Counted from the stretch's first letter, positions 1-13,700 are shown. The stretch: DNA of 64,000 bases from Selaginella moellendorffii (GCF_000143415.4 NW_003314284.1:1572434-1636433), one strand, 5' to 3'. The notes: generated by a model not told the origin, from the letters alone. A program made the numbers and translations.

Positions 1-99
1 TCTATGGTGTAGTTACACTAGCTCTACAGCTGCAGATGGAAATATTATGAAAGAAGACCAAATCATGAACATAAGAAGAGTAATATCCTTCATTTTTGA

Positions 100-1050
100 A
101 ATATTCTGATTCACCAAAATAATTTGCCCCTATTTATCCATCAAGTAGCAAAAATCAAGCCTACTAAAGCACTATAACCAACTCCTATTATCAAATTCAA
201 GCCTACTGTACTTCATTTTCTTTGAATTTTGCAGCTCAGAAGTAAAACTAAATGTCAATTGTATTTAATTTTCAAACTGCTCCAAGATCCAAAAATAAAA
301 TCAAATTGATATGATGCAAAAAGGATTTGCCAATTGAAATAGGTCACATTGTGTTCCTTAGAACCCTACGTAGCAATGATAACTGCTACTATAATAACCT
401 GTATACAAATACAATAGTTATCTAGTATGTATGAATTTGCATACACCCAAACATTGGAATAATTTTAGCGTTCAACATATTATACTTATTGAGCTCAAAC
501 CCAAAATCATCAATCTCCTAATGTGTACAAGGAGCTCTGCATAGAAACCAAAATAATATATCATCAACATAGAAGTGCCAAAGAAGAAAGTTGTTAATCT
601 TCTTATACTAAGATCAAGAAGGTTGTTTGAGTCCATATAAGGCCTTCCAAAGTCTACAAACTTCGTGTTTTTCACCAATCACTTCAAAACCCAAAGGTTA
701 CATATAAATCTCTTCAGATAAATCACCATTAAGAAAGTCAATTTTCACATCTATCTAATTAATAAAAAGATTATGATGAACAAAATAAGCCAAAAACAGA
801 TGAACAGTAATGAGTCACACTAAAGGAGAGAATGTCTCGCATCAGACATCCTTAGCCACAAGTCAAGCTTTGTATTTATCAAAAGAACCATCAGACTTCA
901 CCTAAACCTACTTACACTTAATAGACTCTTGATGAAGAGGTACATTTGTAATTTCCTAAGTAAAATGACTAATACTCAATATTCATATCTATATTTCAAT
1001 ATTGAAGAATGAATAGCAGCCTAATAAGTCAGTGCATATTCAACAGTCAG
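100..1050 (-). mobile_element. Degenerate Ty1/copia reverse transcriptase relic
   Basis: Minus-strand translation of ~600-760 gives IDVKIDFLNGDLSEEIYM*PLGFEVIGEKHEVCRLWKALYGLKQ, matching the copia RT motifs DVKTAFLNG-L-EEIYM and LKKALYGLKQ. It contains stops. Boundaries are approximate. Confidence 0.8.
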
Positions 1051-1489
1051 AAAGGACATCTTTGCTCAACTCTAGATCAAAATAAATAGATGTTTTTTTG
1101 TAGAATAAGAGTGTGACTAAACCAATGCATAATAAGAATTGTCAAAAATAACACATGCTTTTGTCCCTTGGAAATTAAAAATAGGTGAACTTTTTTGCTT
1201 TAGCCAACTAAACCATGAATCTAGTATATAAAGTTTAATACTCAATTCCATCATTACACTTAATTAAGAATTTGCATAAATCCTTTTGTATAGTAACACC
1301 TTTATAAATATTCATTACCTAAGAGTTTCAAACGGTGGTGGATATAACCCAGTGTTATTACTTAGCAAGCACAAATCTTAACCACTCGGTAAAAATACTT
1401 ACATGAACATCAAAATAAGTATCCCGGGCACTACAATTGATGCACTAAACAGGTTTGACTAATAAATTATCATTTTAATCAAGCATAAG

Positions 1490-1562
1490 TGGAGAAGTTG
1501 AGTACTGATCCCAATGCCTCTTACATGCTAAGCGAGCACTCTACTATCTGAGCTACATCCCT
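1490..1562 (-). pseudogene. Decayed tRNA-Ala(AGC) gene
   Basis: Reverse complement AGGGATGTAGCTCAGATAGTAGAGTGCTCGCTTAGCATGTAAGAGGCATTGGGATCAGTACTCAACTTCTCCA aligns with plant tRNA-Ala(AGC). The D-loop GG and the T-arm/B-box are mutated. Confidence 0.8.
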
Positions 1563-1634
1563 ACGACATTGAAATGCTTATGTCACTAATATTATAAAGC
1601 ATTTTAAACAATGAAATTTTGAAAAATTCATAAT

Positions 1635-1707
1635 TAGAGAAGTTTGGCATCAATCCCTATGCTTCTTGCATGATAAGTAAGCACTCTACCATTTGAGCTA
1701 CATCCTC
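1635..1707 (-). pseudogene. Decayed tRNA-Ala gene, second copy
   Basis: Reverse complement GAGGATGTAGCTCAAATGGTAGAGTGCTTACTTATCATGCAAGAAGCATAGGGATTGATGCCAAACTTCTCTA. The anticodon loop and stems are mutated. Confidence 0.75.
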
Positions 1708-1763
1708 AAGCTGAAATGTTAAAGAACATTGAATTTTCTTACTTACAAAGCCTAAGCAGAACA

Positions 1764-1835
1764 TGTGGTTGCTGGGATCCAAGCCCAAGTCTCCGCAGCC
1801 ATAACTTAGAAATCTTACCACTAAATGATAACCAT
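1764..1835 (-). pseudogene. Decayed tRNA-His(GTG) gene
   Basis: Reverse complement ATGGTTATCATTTAGTGGTAAGATTTCTAAGTTATGGCTGCGGAGACTTGGGCTTGGATCCCAGCAACCACA aligns with plant tRNA-His (GTGGCTGTAGTTTAGTGGT...TTGTGGCCGTGGAGACCTGGGCTCGAATCCCAGCAGCCACA). The anticodon has changed GTG->ATG. Confidence 0.7.
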
Positions 1836-2789
1836 AGGAAAGTCACATACTCATAATCTTTAGGACTGAAAATATTATCAAATACTGTTTCAATCACCAA
1901 GTTCTGTTAACCACAGAATCAAAACAATGTTTCATATTAAATCAGAGTGTATTAAAATGTGTGGCTCTATTCATTGAATGAAATTTTATAGGACACCTAT
2001 TTCATATAGGATAAGTTATTCACGACCTTGCAACCAGAAATGTAGATGCTTTTTTAGAGAATAAGGGTGTGACTGAACCAGTGTATAAGAACCTTGGAAA
2101 AGGATAATCCCAGGATCTTTGCCAATAATTTCTTCCCCTCTTCTACACAGCTAGAGATGCAAGTTCTTAGAAGCTGCATTTTGCACCTGTAAAGTTTCTA
2201 TGAAAAACTTACTGCATTAAAAGCTGTAAATGACTATTGAATTACACTCCTTTAGACATGGCTCTCTCTTTTTTTTCTTAAGACCAAAGAAAAGGCTACC
2301 TAAGATATCACCAAGTTTCATTACCGGGAGAACCACCAAGTATCATTACAGGGAACATCATAAGTCATTGTTCTATTATTTTATTTTTTAAAAATGTGAT
2401 GTTCTAACCCAAAGTATGTATGATTACATTTTTTCATATGTGTGCCTCTGTGTGTGTGTGTGTTTGATGAGGTCTTCATTGCAGAGCAATGTTTCTATGG
2501 AACCAGTCAACCACATGGATCCATAAAGTACTGATGTCTCTCTCTGTCCTCTCGATTTTTTCCCTTTCCTGCAGGCGTTGAGATCTTGCAATTGCATACA
2601 GATTAGCTGTGAACGAGAATTCAAAAAACCCGATATTGTATTTCTTCTATTTTCTTCCCCCTAGATATGATGATGTTTTTGCAGCCATTGCTAGAATATT
2701 TGGTGTAGTGACACTTTAATTTTATGGACAAAAGTTTCATTTATTTTAGTTTAATTTATTGCATCGCACTATACTCTTTACCTACAGTT

Positions 2790-4135
2790 GACGTTCAAGG
2801 ATATCCATGGCTCAACACCAAGCTTCGTGCCCTTGCATATGTTCTGGCAGAAACAAAATGAAAAGGAGCAAGAACTGAGAGTAAATGACTAGAGCTCAAA
2901 ATGTGCCTTGATGGTTTTGTTTTAGGAAGAATTAAAGTTTCATCTAAAAGGTAGAAGGTGAAGCATCTAGCCATGGTGCTGAAAAGGGCTGAGGAGCAAG
3001 CTCAAATTATTGAATCACTTCAGGGAACTGTAAGTTTCTTTTTTGTCTCTAGAGGTCTATACATATTTTATATCCAGGTTATAAAAGACTCTATGAAGAG
3101 TAGGAATTCGTTCTACATTCGTAGTATGTTTGTTTTCTTTTCTGTAGCTTTCTTCTTACATTTCTCGTTCCTTATTTTTAGATGGTGATGGACGAGATGT
3201 AAGGAGCCTAATGGAAACATCACATGTAATTTGATGTTTTCTTTCAAATGGTTTGCTAATTTATGAGCTCTCCTTCTCTTCTAAGATGAATGTCATAGGC
3301 AGCTCAATGTTGCTCTGGAGCAGATGAAAACAGTTGAAGGTGACTATTGTCATTCTCATTTTTTTTCCACAGGCATAGTCTTACTTCAGCTCGTGTTGAA
3401 TGCACTCGAGATGAGGCAAATGCAACATTTGCCAAGGAAAAGCTGGCGTTGATGATGCAAGAGTCTGAAGGTCAGTGATATTCGTGCATTGCTGTCATAG
3501 AAATTGCAAATTACAGCGATTACAAAGGAGCTCAATACTCAAGAGAAATATGAAGCTTTCTCAATCTGTAACTGATTACCAACATAGGCTCAGAGAAAGC
3601 ACTCAAAACGTCCAAAGGACCATGAAGCAAGAAAACTCTTGATAAAGGTAATAGAAACTCAACCAGACACTCAACCTGCCCAAGTGAAGACACTCCTACA
3701 CAAATTACAGATTGGATGCCCTGCGTAGGCCCTCATGACCTTTATAAATAGCCTATAATGTAATGCAATGCTTGGATGGCGGGCTTCGTGGTTGAGTATA
3801 TGAAATCCAGTAGGTTGCCATGCAAGCATTGCAAGCTCAAACTTGCCAAGGGTGATCGGCATTGTGAGCAAGGGCGCCGGAATTGACATGACCAAATGGT
3901 AAAGATTTTCCATTCTTTTCTAGCAATTTCTTTCTTTTCTTCTTCTTGCGGAAGGCATCACTCCAAATGCGTTTTGGAGATCCAAGCTCCTGTCGTGGGC
4001 GTTCTCAAGGCCAAAGGCTTCGCTGCATTGAAAATACTTTTCTTTTTTTGCAGAATGAGATCAGATAAGAGAGCTTTCTGATTTGTACAGGCTTCAGATC
4101 AAACTATTATGGAGGATATGCTACAGGGAAAAGTG
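2790..4135 (+). pseudogene. Spliced coiled-coil gene remnant of unknown identity
   Basis: Short purine-rich exon-like blocks (e.g. VKHLAMVLKRAEEQAQIIESLQG) alternate with T-rich GT..AG intron-like spacers. In-frame stops are present. Confidence 0.35.
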
Positions 4136-4269
4136 ATCTTATCTTTCCAAACACATGCATTATGTAATTGCATTATTGTCATTACTCTAATGATGAATAG
4201 TAGCAAAAGCTAGGTAAATTTAACCTTCTATACAATAAAAATTTCTAACATTGTAAAACTACAAAAGAA

Positions 4270-4557
4270 AATCTATTTATCTTGGGTATCAATGCAGAAT
4301 ATCAATGCACAATGCAGAATAGGATATCAAGATCTTAATGAGGGGATTTCTTTTTCTTAATGATGGAAAGTGTTTTCAATTTTTGTTGTGACGGGAGAAT
4401 AGCAACTGAAAAATCACATCTTTTTCCATGATTTATCCAAAGACTGATAATTTTAAAGATTTAATACAAAATTATAGTAGTGCAGCATCAATGAGTGCAA
4501 ATATCAAAGAAATTGCAGTAGGTTGCCCTAATTTTATATATATATATATATATAGAT

Positions 4558-4604
<47 letters not shown>

Positions 4605-4950
4605 TAATATAATATTTCAAGTTTCAAACCAAATAATGAACAATATGCAGCTTATTCACAATGAAATATTTTAGATACTGCTCAAGCAACGGAAATAAAA
4701 ACCAAAAAACAAACACAATTCTAAATGTAATGAGCAACTAATGGGTGATCTTGATAAACTATTAAAAGAAATAAATCCCTATGCTAATGCTTCACAATAT
4801 TGTAAGAAATAGAGAATGAAGTGGTAAATTCAACAAATATTCAAGGAGGTGTAAGTGATATTGTTATACATATAAAAGGCAATTAGACAGCTGATCCAGG
4901 ATGATATAATGCACTAGGTTCAAATGATTTTAAACATTTAGTTGTACAAA
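4270..4950 (+). mobile_element. Helitron Rep/helicase N-terminal relic
   Basis: Fragments FKDLIQNYSSAASMSANI, ILDTAQATEI, LMGDLDKLLKEINPYANA and DPG*YNA resemble Helitron N-terminal motifs (IRxYNSAFAFTS, QLYIxD, LxxxNPYxxxF, RxYNxP). The relic is interrupted by a microsatellite. Confidence 0.55.
4535..4605. repeat. (TA)n/(GATA)n compound microsatellite
   Basis: Directly visible in the sequence. Confidence 0.95.
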
Positions 4951-5400
4951 GATGGTAGTCATTGATGAATTTTTTTTATTATGTCTACTATATATGATCT
5001 TTTTGAAACAAAAATATGTTCAATATGTTTTAAAATGTAGTATCTAATCAATAAAATACTCTTTCTTCTATAGAACAGAAAGTTTATAGAACAAAGAGTA
5101 TCTGATTGATTCAATACTACATTATTAAAATTAAATATAATTTTTTTACAACGATGGTATATAATACACACAATAAAATATATACTATAAAGTTAAAAGT
5201 AAATTAAGTAGTGACTATATAAATGATATATTTTATAACTTAAAATAGAAGAGTTGAATAGCTTATTATATCTTGTAAATAAGTTATACTTTTATCATAA
5301 TCTTATGATTTATAACTTTATGATATTGTAGAAATCTAAGACTATATCTGAGCTAACAGACAACTCAATATGAGTAGATTCATTGATGAATGTGTAATAA

Positions 5401-5453
5401 CTCTCTCTCTCTCTCTCTCTCTCTTGTGTGTGTGTGTGTGGGGGGGGGGGGGG
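5401..5453. repeat. (CT)n(GT)n poly-G compound microsatellite
   Basis: Directly visible in the sequence. Confidence 0.95.
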
Positions 5454-5624
5454 AAAGCCACTGAAAAGAGGATCGAGGAGATTGTGGAGGATGCTGTGGA
5501 GTTTGTGGATGTCACTTCTTCCACCTCACAGCCAGATCCTGGAGAACTTTTGTGGATCGCTGAGGCTTTGGAATCTGGCCGGATGGGAAATACAGGGGCA
5601 AGGATCCGGCCTTCACACAGCAAA

Positions 5625-6570
5625 AATGTTTAGAGATAGGATGCTGTTTGTTGTGGGTGGCCACTCACAAAACTCCCCCGACCCTGTCTCAGGTTAATGT
5701 AATGCAGAGGAGCTTTGAGATCCATCCACTTCAGTGCTCTCTATCTCAAGTTCATGCTTTTGACATGGGGACTTTCACTTTCACTTGCAGAAACAGGATC
5801 CAGACTGGTAGTCAAGTCGCAAGGGGAAAAGGTTGAGGGAATTGTTGAAATGGCTTTATATATGTGTTAGAACTAAACCTTTGCAGCATTCTTTCAGCCT
5901 ATGCAAGACAATGATTTAAATCCAAGCCTTCAGGAGGAGTACATCCTTGCTGTAAACAACTCTCCTCCATCCCCCTTGCTGCCATCAGCAAATGGTGGAA
6001 CAATGTCCAGGTATGTAGTGTTTTGCTCTTTAATAACTGATGTTGCACCTTTGCCATAGGTGCTCAATCTAAGAACACTCACCTGGTCCAAAGTTGAGCA
6101 AAAGCTCCCAATGTCTCCTTTTGTCCTTGTCCATGCCACTGATCCCACCCTGTGCCAATCATTTCTTAGCTTTATACTTTCATCTTACAATATTCTCGAG
6201 TGTTTTCAGATTCTGAAGAATAGGATGCTATTTGTTGTTGGCCACTTGAGAAACCCTTGACTTTGTCTCAGGTTAATATAATGCATTTCAATGTCTCACT
6301 TCAGTGCTCTCTATCTCCAGTTCATGTTTTTGATACGCAGGCTTTCACTTGGTTGCTTTTTCCAACATATGGACAAGCTTCGGTGCATGTGACATACTGT
6401 ATCACGAACATGAGATTGACCATTTGCTGTTTGAGGGGCCAGTCTGTTCACTGATCGGATCCTGCTTAGTGGAGTCATTTTTGGTGGAGAAGACTCCAAA
6501 AGGTGTTTGCTCAATGACCTCAACATCTTTGATCTGGAAACAATGTCATGGGAAGCTTTCAATGCAATAT
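5625..6570 (+). pseudogene. Kelch-repeat gene fragments (ACBP4/5-like), internally duplicated
   Basis: Motifs RMLFVVGGHS..., VHAFD..TFT and IFGGEDSKRCLLNDLNIFDLETMSWE are present. Block ~5630-5790 is repeated at ~6215-6350. Frames are broken. Confidence 0.65.
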
Positions 6571-7703
6571 AAGCCAGCACAGATGTATATTGCATGTGAG
6601 GTATGCTATTTTGATTATCCTTGCTGGCCTTACTCCGATTCCATTTGTCATTTTCTGTCCTGCCTAAGGATTAAGTCTCATCTTCATGTGTTTGAATGCT
6701 GAAGAATTGGTTGTTTTTTAGATTGTGACTTGTATTGAGGTGGAAGCTGTCAAATGCATGTACTGAAGACATGCAAAAGCCAATCAGGGGTGTCTCCTAC
6801 TCCGAGTGTTGGTGGAAGCCATTTTACAGAGGTTGAATCTGTAAATGTGCCCAAGAGCTCAATAATTTTGAAGGAACCAATAGATCATCAGCCTATGGTA
6901 TCATGTTTTTGTGCGTCTCTTCCCTGTTTGATAATGTTATTTTACTTCTTTCCAGGAGAATGGCAGCTACAACACACCAAAGTTGCTGGAGCTTAAACAG
7001 GAGCTTGAGGTATTGCGCTAAGACAAAATAGCATGTACAGCTATGACTGGTCGAATATGGAGAAACCCTTAGCTTTTGTGAATTGCTTTAATGGCAAGGA
7101 GCTTATGCAGCATGATAGTTCATGGTAGAATGAAGTAGAGGCACTCCAGGTTTGGCATTCTTGTTGGATGTCTCTATGCTTCTCTCTGAAAGTGACAAAA
7201 AGAATGAGATTGCTATGCTTCAGGTGGTGTTGGTGCTACTATTGTCCAGCAGTGACATTCCTGCCAGTGTTTCTTGCAGCAAGATCAAAATCATCGTTGA
7301 GTTTTAGGCAAATTGATGAAGATGCCTGGAAAATGAGAGATGAAAACAAGAATAGAAAGAAAAAAAAGAACCAAAAAGGCTCTGGAAATATCTGTATAGC
7401 TGAGGGCAGAGGCTCTGTATAGCTGTGAGAAGATGCTCTGGAAATGGTTGATTAGAAACTTGAGGAGTCTCTTGATTAGAATCTTGGAGGGGTCAGGAAA
7501 ACTTCCTAGCAGAGAGTAGAATTTTAAACCTTGGGAGAAAAGAAAGCTTGGATGACAAAAGCAAAGTACCTTGAGCATGTTGCATTGCATAAAATCCTGT
7601 CTTGGCTTCTTAAGACAGGAGGACACTGTGCACATCCAAAATGTTCAAGTCATGTCAAAAGTGTTTCTAAGAAGGATTTTCAGATAGAGATAGACTTGGA
7701 TAC

Positions 7704-10700
7704 TGTAGCGCACGTGGTTTTGACCCTTTATCCTATGGTGATTTACCATAGGATAACACCACGAAGCGGAACCTAAACCCTCTTTGTGCCACGTGACAGA
7801 TGCCACGTGTCACATGCCACGTGTCCATGCCACGTGTCCATAGGAACCTGAGGTTCAGGGCCTTGGGCCACTGAACGAAGGAACGGTGCCAAACTCCCAA
7901 GCATGGAGCCAAGGAGTGACGGAATCGAACCACAAAGCAACTCCCGAGTTTAAAGCCCAAGGAGCGAAGGGACAGGAGCCCGGAGCGACTTGGAACAGTC
8001 CTGGAGCAACCAGCATCCCAATGCCAGGACCAGCACGCAAAATGGTGTCAGACGGAGTCTAGCACAATTTTGGTATACCGGTGGCCTAACGCGAGGAGGA
8101 GGGTACTCCACCGACTAGAGCAGCGTGGAGCTTGGGCTTAGACCCAAGCCAGACGCAGAACAAGGAGCGACACAGCCCAGTGGGAGCCAAACTAATGTCT
8201 CAGGTGGTCGGACATACATTCCAACCTACCCACTATCCCTACTATACATTTGGAACCCCCCACAACCCCCCCCCCCCCCCCTTGAGGAACACATGCTTTG
8301 GGCTTTCACCCTAAGCTTCCCTTAGTATCAGGAGTTAGTCTCTGGGACAAGCTTGAAACTTACTAAATATGGAATGTCCTTAGATTGCGAATTTGGGCAC
8401 GGGATGAACACCGTTGTGTTCAAGACAATCTCTACATTCCGTAGATATGCCAAATGAGCAAATCTGGACACTTTCCATAAATAGCATTTGGGACCGAAAT
8501 GAGACTAACACAAAGGGCATGATAGCAAGGGTGTTTGGCAAACACGGTAAGCTATCATTTAGCGATATTGAGGGACCAATCTCAATATCACGGGGGTTCC
8601 CAACACTAGCAAGTGCAAGTCAACGAATGAGTTTCTCTAACCAAGTCAAGTATGCTTGACAAATAGCACGTAGGAATTCCGTCCTTATGCCCATCTGGTC
8701 AAGTGCACATGCGAAGACCAGTTTCTCAACTAGCTTAGGCGGAGACTAATAACGGGCCCAGCAATACCGACCTCCTGCCATCGTGGCAGTAAGGTAAGAG
8801 TGTCCGTAAGGACTAGCCGACAGGTAACTTTCGATACCTGAAGTCACATTCGCGACACTCTCCCCCCCTTGGGAAGATCGACGTCCTCGTCGATGCATAC
8901 TCGAGTCTAGAATACCGCCAAGGAAACAACTCCAGAAAAAGTTCACGGTACTCACACTATGTGAGAAATGCACCAACTTAAATGAGTTAGGGGGCAACGT
9001 CTTTGTCTAACGCGGATGCGCTACCAGCTCAAACACCTTCCGGCCGTCGCCGATAAGGAAATGACCAACGGAGTCAGCCACCCTTGCTGCTCTGGGAGTC
9101 ACCCAGCTTACAAAAGTGTGATATGCCCTGCCCGCAAAGACATAGAGAGAGAAGCTAGAGGCCCCAACCCTCATGAGCAAAGAAACCAAACCCGTCGGTA
9201 AGGTTTAGATAGACTACTGTAAACAGGCAGTTAGAGTTGTTTACACGGTCACGCCCTTTCAACGGAATAAGGAACATCGACAGAGAGGCGGGTTATGTGA
9301 CCAGTCGACAATAGCTACCCCATGACTAGAGATTTCAACATACACACGAAGTGCCGAAGCCAGTCTGCCTATACTGGCCCAAACTCAAAGATCAATAGAT
9401 GGACAATATCAAAGTCATAAACAATGATATCTTAGAGTCTTAATTATCAGTGAGTATATCTTATATTAGAACACAAAAGTATTCCAAGTAAGTTATCATC
9501 CGATAAACTAGTATTATAGTATAGAAACCACCAAGATCATCATAATTGGGAAACATAGGAATCACCATCTAACAAAACGAGTCTCGCATGGACTAACGTC
9601 AATGCTAAAGAAGAAATCATGGTACAACCCACAATATCCTCCTCAACACATCTATAAGCTAAACTTCATAATGCAAAGCTAATGAAGAGCATGTTTGCAT
9701 CAATCCAAAAGCTAAGCATAACGAAGCTATGCTCGACAAGTGATCACCAAACGATCCTCCATGAATCCATCCATAGTAAGACGTAACTCACTTTATAACA
9801 AGCACAAGAAGAATCATCAATGATTGATATATAATATTCCAATAGCAATCACTAACTCTTCCTCTCGTAAAGCTAGTATAGTCCACGGCTAAATCACTTT
9901 TCAAAGAAAAGCCAAAGCCTAACCTCTACTAAATAATCTTGTCTAGAACACAACTAACTCAAACTTGTCACTCAGTTCATTTGAACGTCAATATAGTTGC
10001 TAACTAGCAAATGCATGAATGCTAATAACACAAAGCTATAGCCAAATCATCAACACTATCTTCATCGAGAACAATGAAACTCAATATCAATCCTAAGGAT
10101 AGATATATCATCTCACCTGAATCTCAACATCAATAATATCAATGACAAGGCATCACCTCAGTGCCACCAACACTAGAACAAAGCTAGAAGAAAGCACGAG
10201 TGTATCACCACTCAAAGCTCTCTAGCAACCAAGCTAACCAAAGTCGGAGATACTTTACTCAGTATCCGAGACCAATCTTTCAACAATACTCAGTCACAGA
10301 TAACACTTCCTCAAGGAGTGAATCACCACATCCAAGACTCCATGAAATCCAACACCACGAACTAAACGCAACCAAATGATATCGATAGAGGTAGAGTCGA
10401 CATGCCAACATGGAAAACCCATGTAAGTTTAACGACACGATCCTCCGCAACCCCATTCGGTAAAGCAAACCCATCACTGATAAATCTTCATCGAGTGAAG
10501 CAAGTGTCAACAATCCTTAACAAAGTCTACAAGCAATCACTAGTTGCCAAGCAACTAACCATCACTTCTTCAACTTGCTTTCATGAGACCCAAACACTAA
10601 ACTCACGTCATTTAGTCATACACTTGTCCAACATGAACATGATACCTTCGGTATGAGATAAAAGTTTATTGACAAGCATAAATTAAATGACCACTTGAAT

Positions 10701-13700
10701 CCAACTCAACTGCAATAAGCTCACTAATGCATTTAGCCATTAGCTCTGAGCATGCCTTGAAGAGGCTAGCTATACGTAATTAACACTTAGTCGAAACTAA
10801 AGTGAAGACCACGAGATGAACTCATATCGGTACACAACCTCCTCATAGACAAAGCTATAGTACGGGTACCAACATCTCAACTGCAAACAACTAAATTGGA
10901 CATCACTATCCTCAGCCAAGGCGCAAAGCCACCAAGACCAAATCAAGATCAGTGAGAGCTCACTACCCTCATAGAGTCTTAGCGAAATGCAAGGTGCAAC
11001 CTGCCACCAAGCACAACGTTACAAAAGAAAGGCACAAGGGTCACCTTTCTAGAAAAGCGCAACGGCCAATTTTCTACACTAACTCCAGACTCTATCCAAC
11101 TCAATTGCAATAGCCCCAAAAGTCAGCATTCCTTTCGGGCTGCATCATACAAACTACCTACTAATGTCTAAGCCAACCGAAGTCAACTCCAACCCTTTCA
11201 CTAGTTTGTACTGGCTTATAAAAACGGAATGGTTTTCGAGCAAAGTGACCAACAGATCAGCCATTGGAAAAGTCTAAGAAAATTTGTGGAAAATTTTCCA
11301 ATCCTAGAGAAAGAATGACTCTTAGTCTAGGAATGCAAACTTTCAAAACTCAACCAACTTCCTCCTACTAACAACTTCACATATATTCACCTTAACACAA
11401 ATTCTCGAGATCCATAGTATGCTTAAGCCTCAAACATCTCTTTTTGCCCATACTTTCGACATCCAACACCGATATCCGTAAAATGCAAATGGAACATCCA
11501 AGGTTTGATCACGAAGACCACATCTTCGGATATCCATATTGCACTAACACTCTTCTTCAACCACTTTCAAGATCCAATGTGAAGCCAAAACACTAACAAG
11601 AAAAATGACATGGAAAATCAAGCTCAAGGAAAATTCCTCACCACTCGAATCAACAATGCCATTTCCACTAACATAAGTGTTAGCAATATCAATGCCTCAA
11701 CTACACACCTTCTCCATCCAATAATATACTCCAAGTGCTAATGGAAAAACCGACAAGGCATAGCAAGTGAATGCTATAACCCTTTCCAACACCTTATGGG
11801 CCAACTCTCAAAGGAACAACATACCAACTTAAGCTTAGCATAATGGACCACTATCGAGAATCCCGTCAAAGCTATTACAATGCTACTACTTGCAAGTAGA
11901 CTAGCTTCACCATCAACCACTTTGGGGTTGATCATCATTTAACCAGGCAACTTTGTAAACACATTGCTCATTATCACATGGATATGATATAAAATCACAA
12001 TGACTTGATCATCAATCAAGCAACACTATGAGCAATGCTCATGTCATTACTTCAAAGGTTTATGTGAGTATCAAGTGCTAACTCGACTCAACAAAATGTA
12101 ACATAAATGCTACACTCCACTGATAGAGATTTACAACACCCAACACCACTAACTTTTGTTCACAACATAGACAAGCTCATGCCACTCGCTATCCGATCAA
12201 ACTCAAAACTTAACCCAACACCAAGCTACTCAAGGAGCAATAGCTAAGTTCCCCGGAAAAGAATTGAGCATTGCAACCCAAGTCTTCCCATAGCAAGCCT
12301 AGACAAAATGGTTTAGCGCTTTACTGCTATCCATCCCATGACTCACCATTTGTAAGACCATCATCTCCAAGATGCATCAAGGTAGGGACTCTTGATTGCA
12401 TAATATGAATATGAGCAATAAGTTAACACTTCGTTGCAAATCATCTCTCCAAGAGAAAATGATTTACGTGTTTGATCCTTCGTCCCTGATGACTCTCTTT
12501 TTGGTCTCATCTTTGACTAAACCTCAAACTTGCATTCGCACTGCCTTCAATCCAATCCAAGAAAAGTTTATGAGAGAGCACGACAATGACTACTTGAACC
12601 AATAGACTAATCCCTACAGTCTTGGTTGATTCACTTGTATTCATGCCTAGGAAGGATCCACTAGTGCCGTGCTAAATAGCTACGGACCAGCCTATTTGCT
12701 ACTCATAACAAACCCAGGGAAAGTTTGCTTTCACCTACGATACATGGAACAACTCATGGAACCACCGATAGGCTAACATTAATCCTGCCAACTCAAAGTG
12801 TAACCTCGAGTTGCTAATGTGCCTCACACACGAGCCCAAGCGTAAACTCGTGCTAACAAAGCATCTCAAATCCATCTTATGAGCCCAAGAGCAAGCTCAC
12901 ATCATAAGGTACAACAAGGTAACCAAATCCATACTCAAGGAACAAATGTGAACCCTTTGCACCAAACGTGTACCCACTCGGATCATCGTTTTCATCTCTG
13001 CATATGCAACAAGACTAGTTACCCAATCTCATTGAATAGTACTCGCTGAGACTCATCCTCTGATACCAAATGTAGCGCACGTGGTTTTGACCCTTTATCA
13101 TATGGTGATTTACCATAGGATAACACCAGTGGAACCTAAACCCTCTTTGTGCCACGTGACAGATGCCACGTGTCACATGCCACGTGTCCATAGGAACCTG
13201 AGGTTCAGGGCCTTGGGCCACTGAACGAAGGAACGGTGCCAAACTCCCAAGCATGGAGCCAAGGAGTGATGGAACCGAACCACAGAGCAACTCCCGAGCT
13301 TAAAGCCCAAGGAACGAAGGGACAGGAGCCCGGAGCAACTTGGAACAGTCCTAGAGTAACCAACATTCCAATGCCAGGACCAGCACACAAAACAGAGCCA
13401 AACGGAGTCTAGCGCTATTTCGGCATACCGGTGGCCTAACGCGAGAACATGGGTACTCCACCAGCTAGCATGGAATGGAACTTGGGCTTAGACCCAAACC
13501 AGACGTAGAACAAGGACAGGCACACAAGCGAGAGCTAGACTATGCCTCAGGTTGGTCGGCCATGCCCAACTTACCCACTATCCCTACTATACATTTGGAA
13601 CCCCCTACAGCCCCCCCATTTCACCCCAAGCCTCCCTTAGTATCAGGAGTTAGTCTCTGGGACAAGCTCGAAATTTACTAAATATGGAATGTCCCTAGAT

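Noticed and set aside
4959-5171. 70-aa AT-rich ORF as a possible third lectin-family member
   Set aside because: It has no signal peptide or QxDxNxVxY motif, and its length is compatible with chance.
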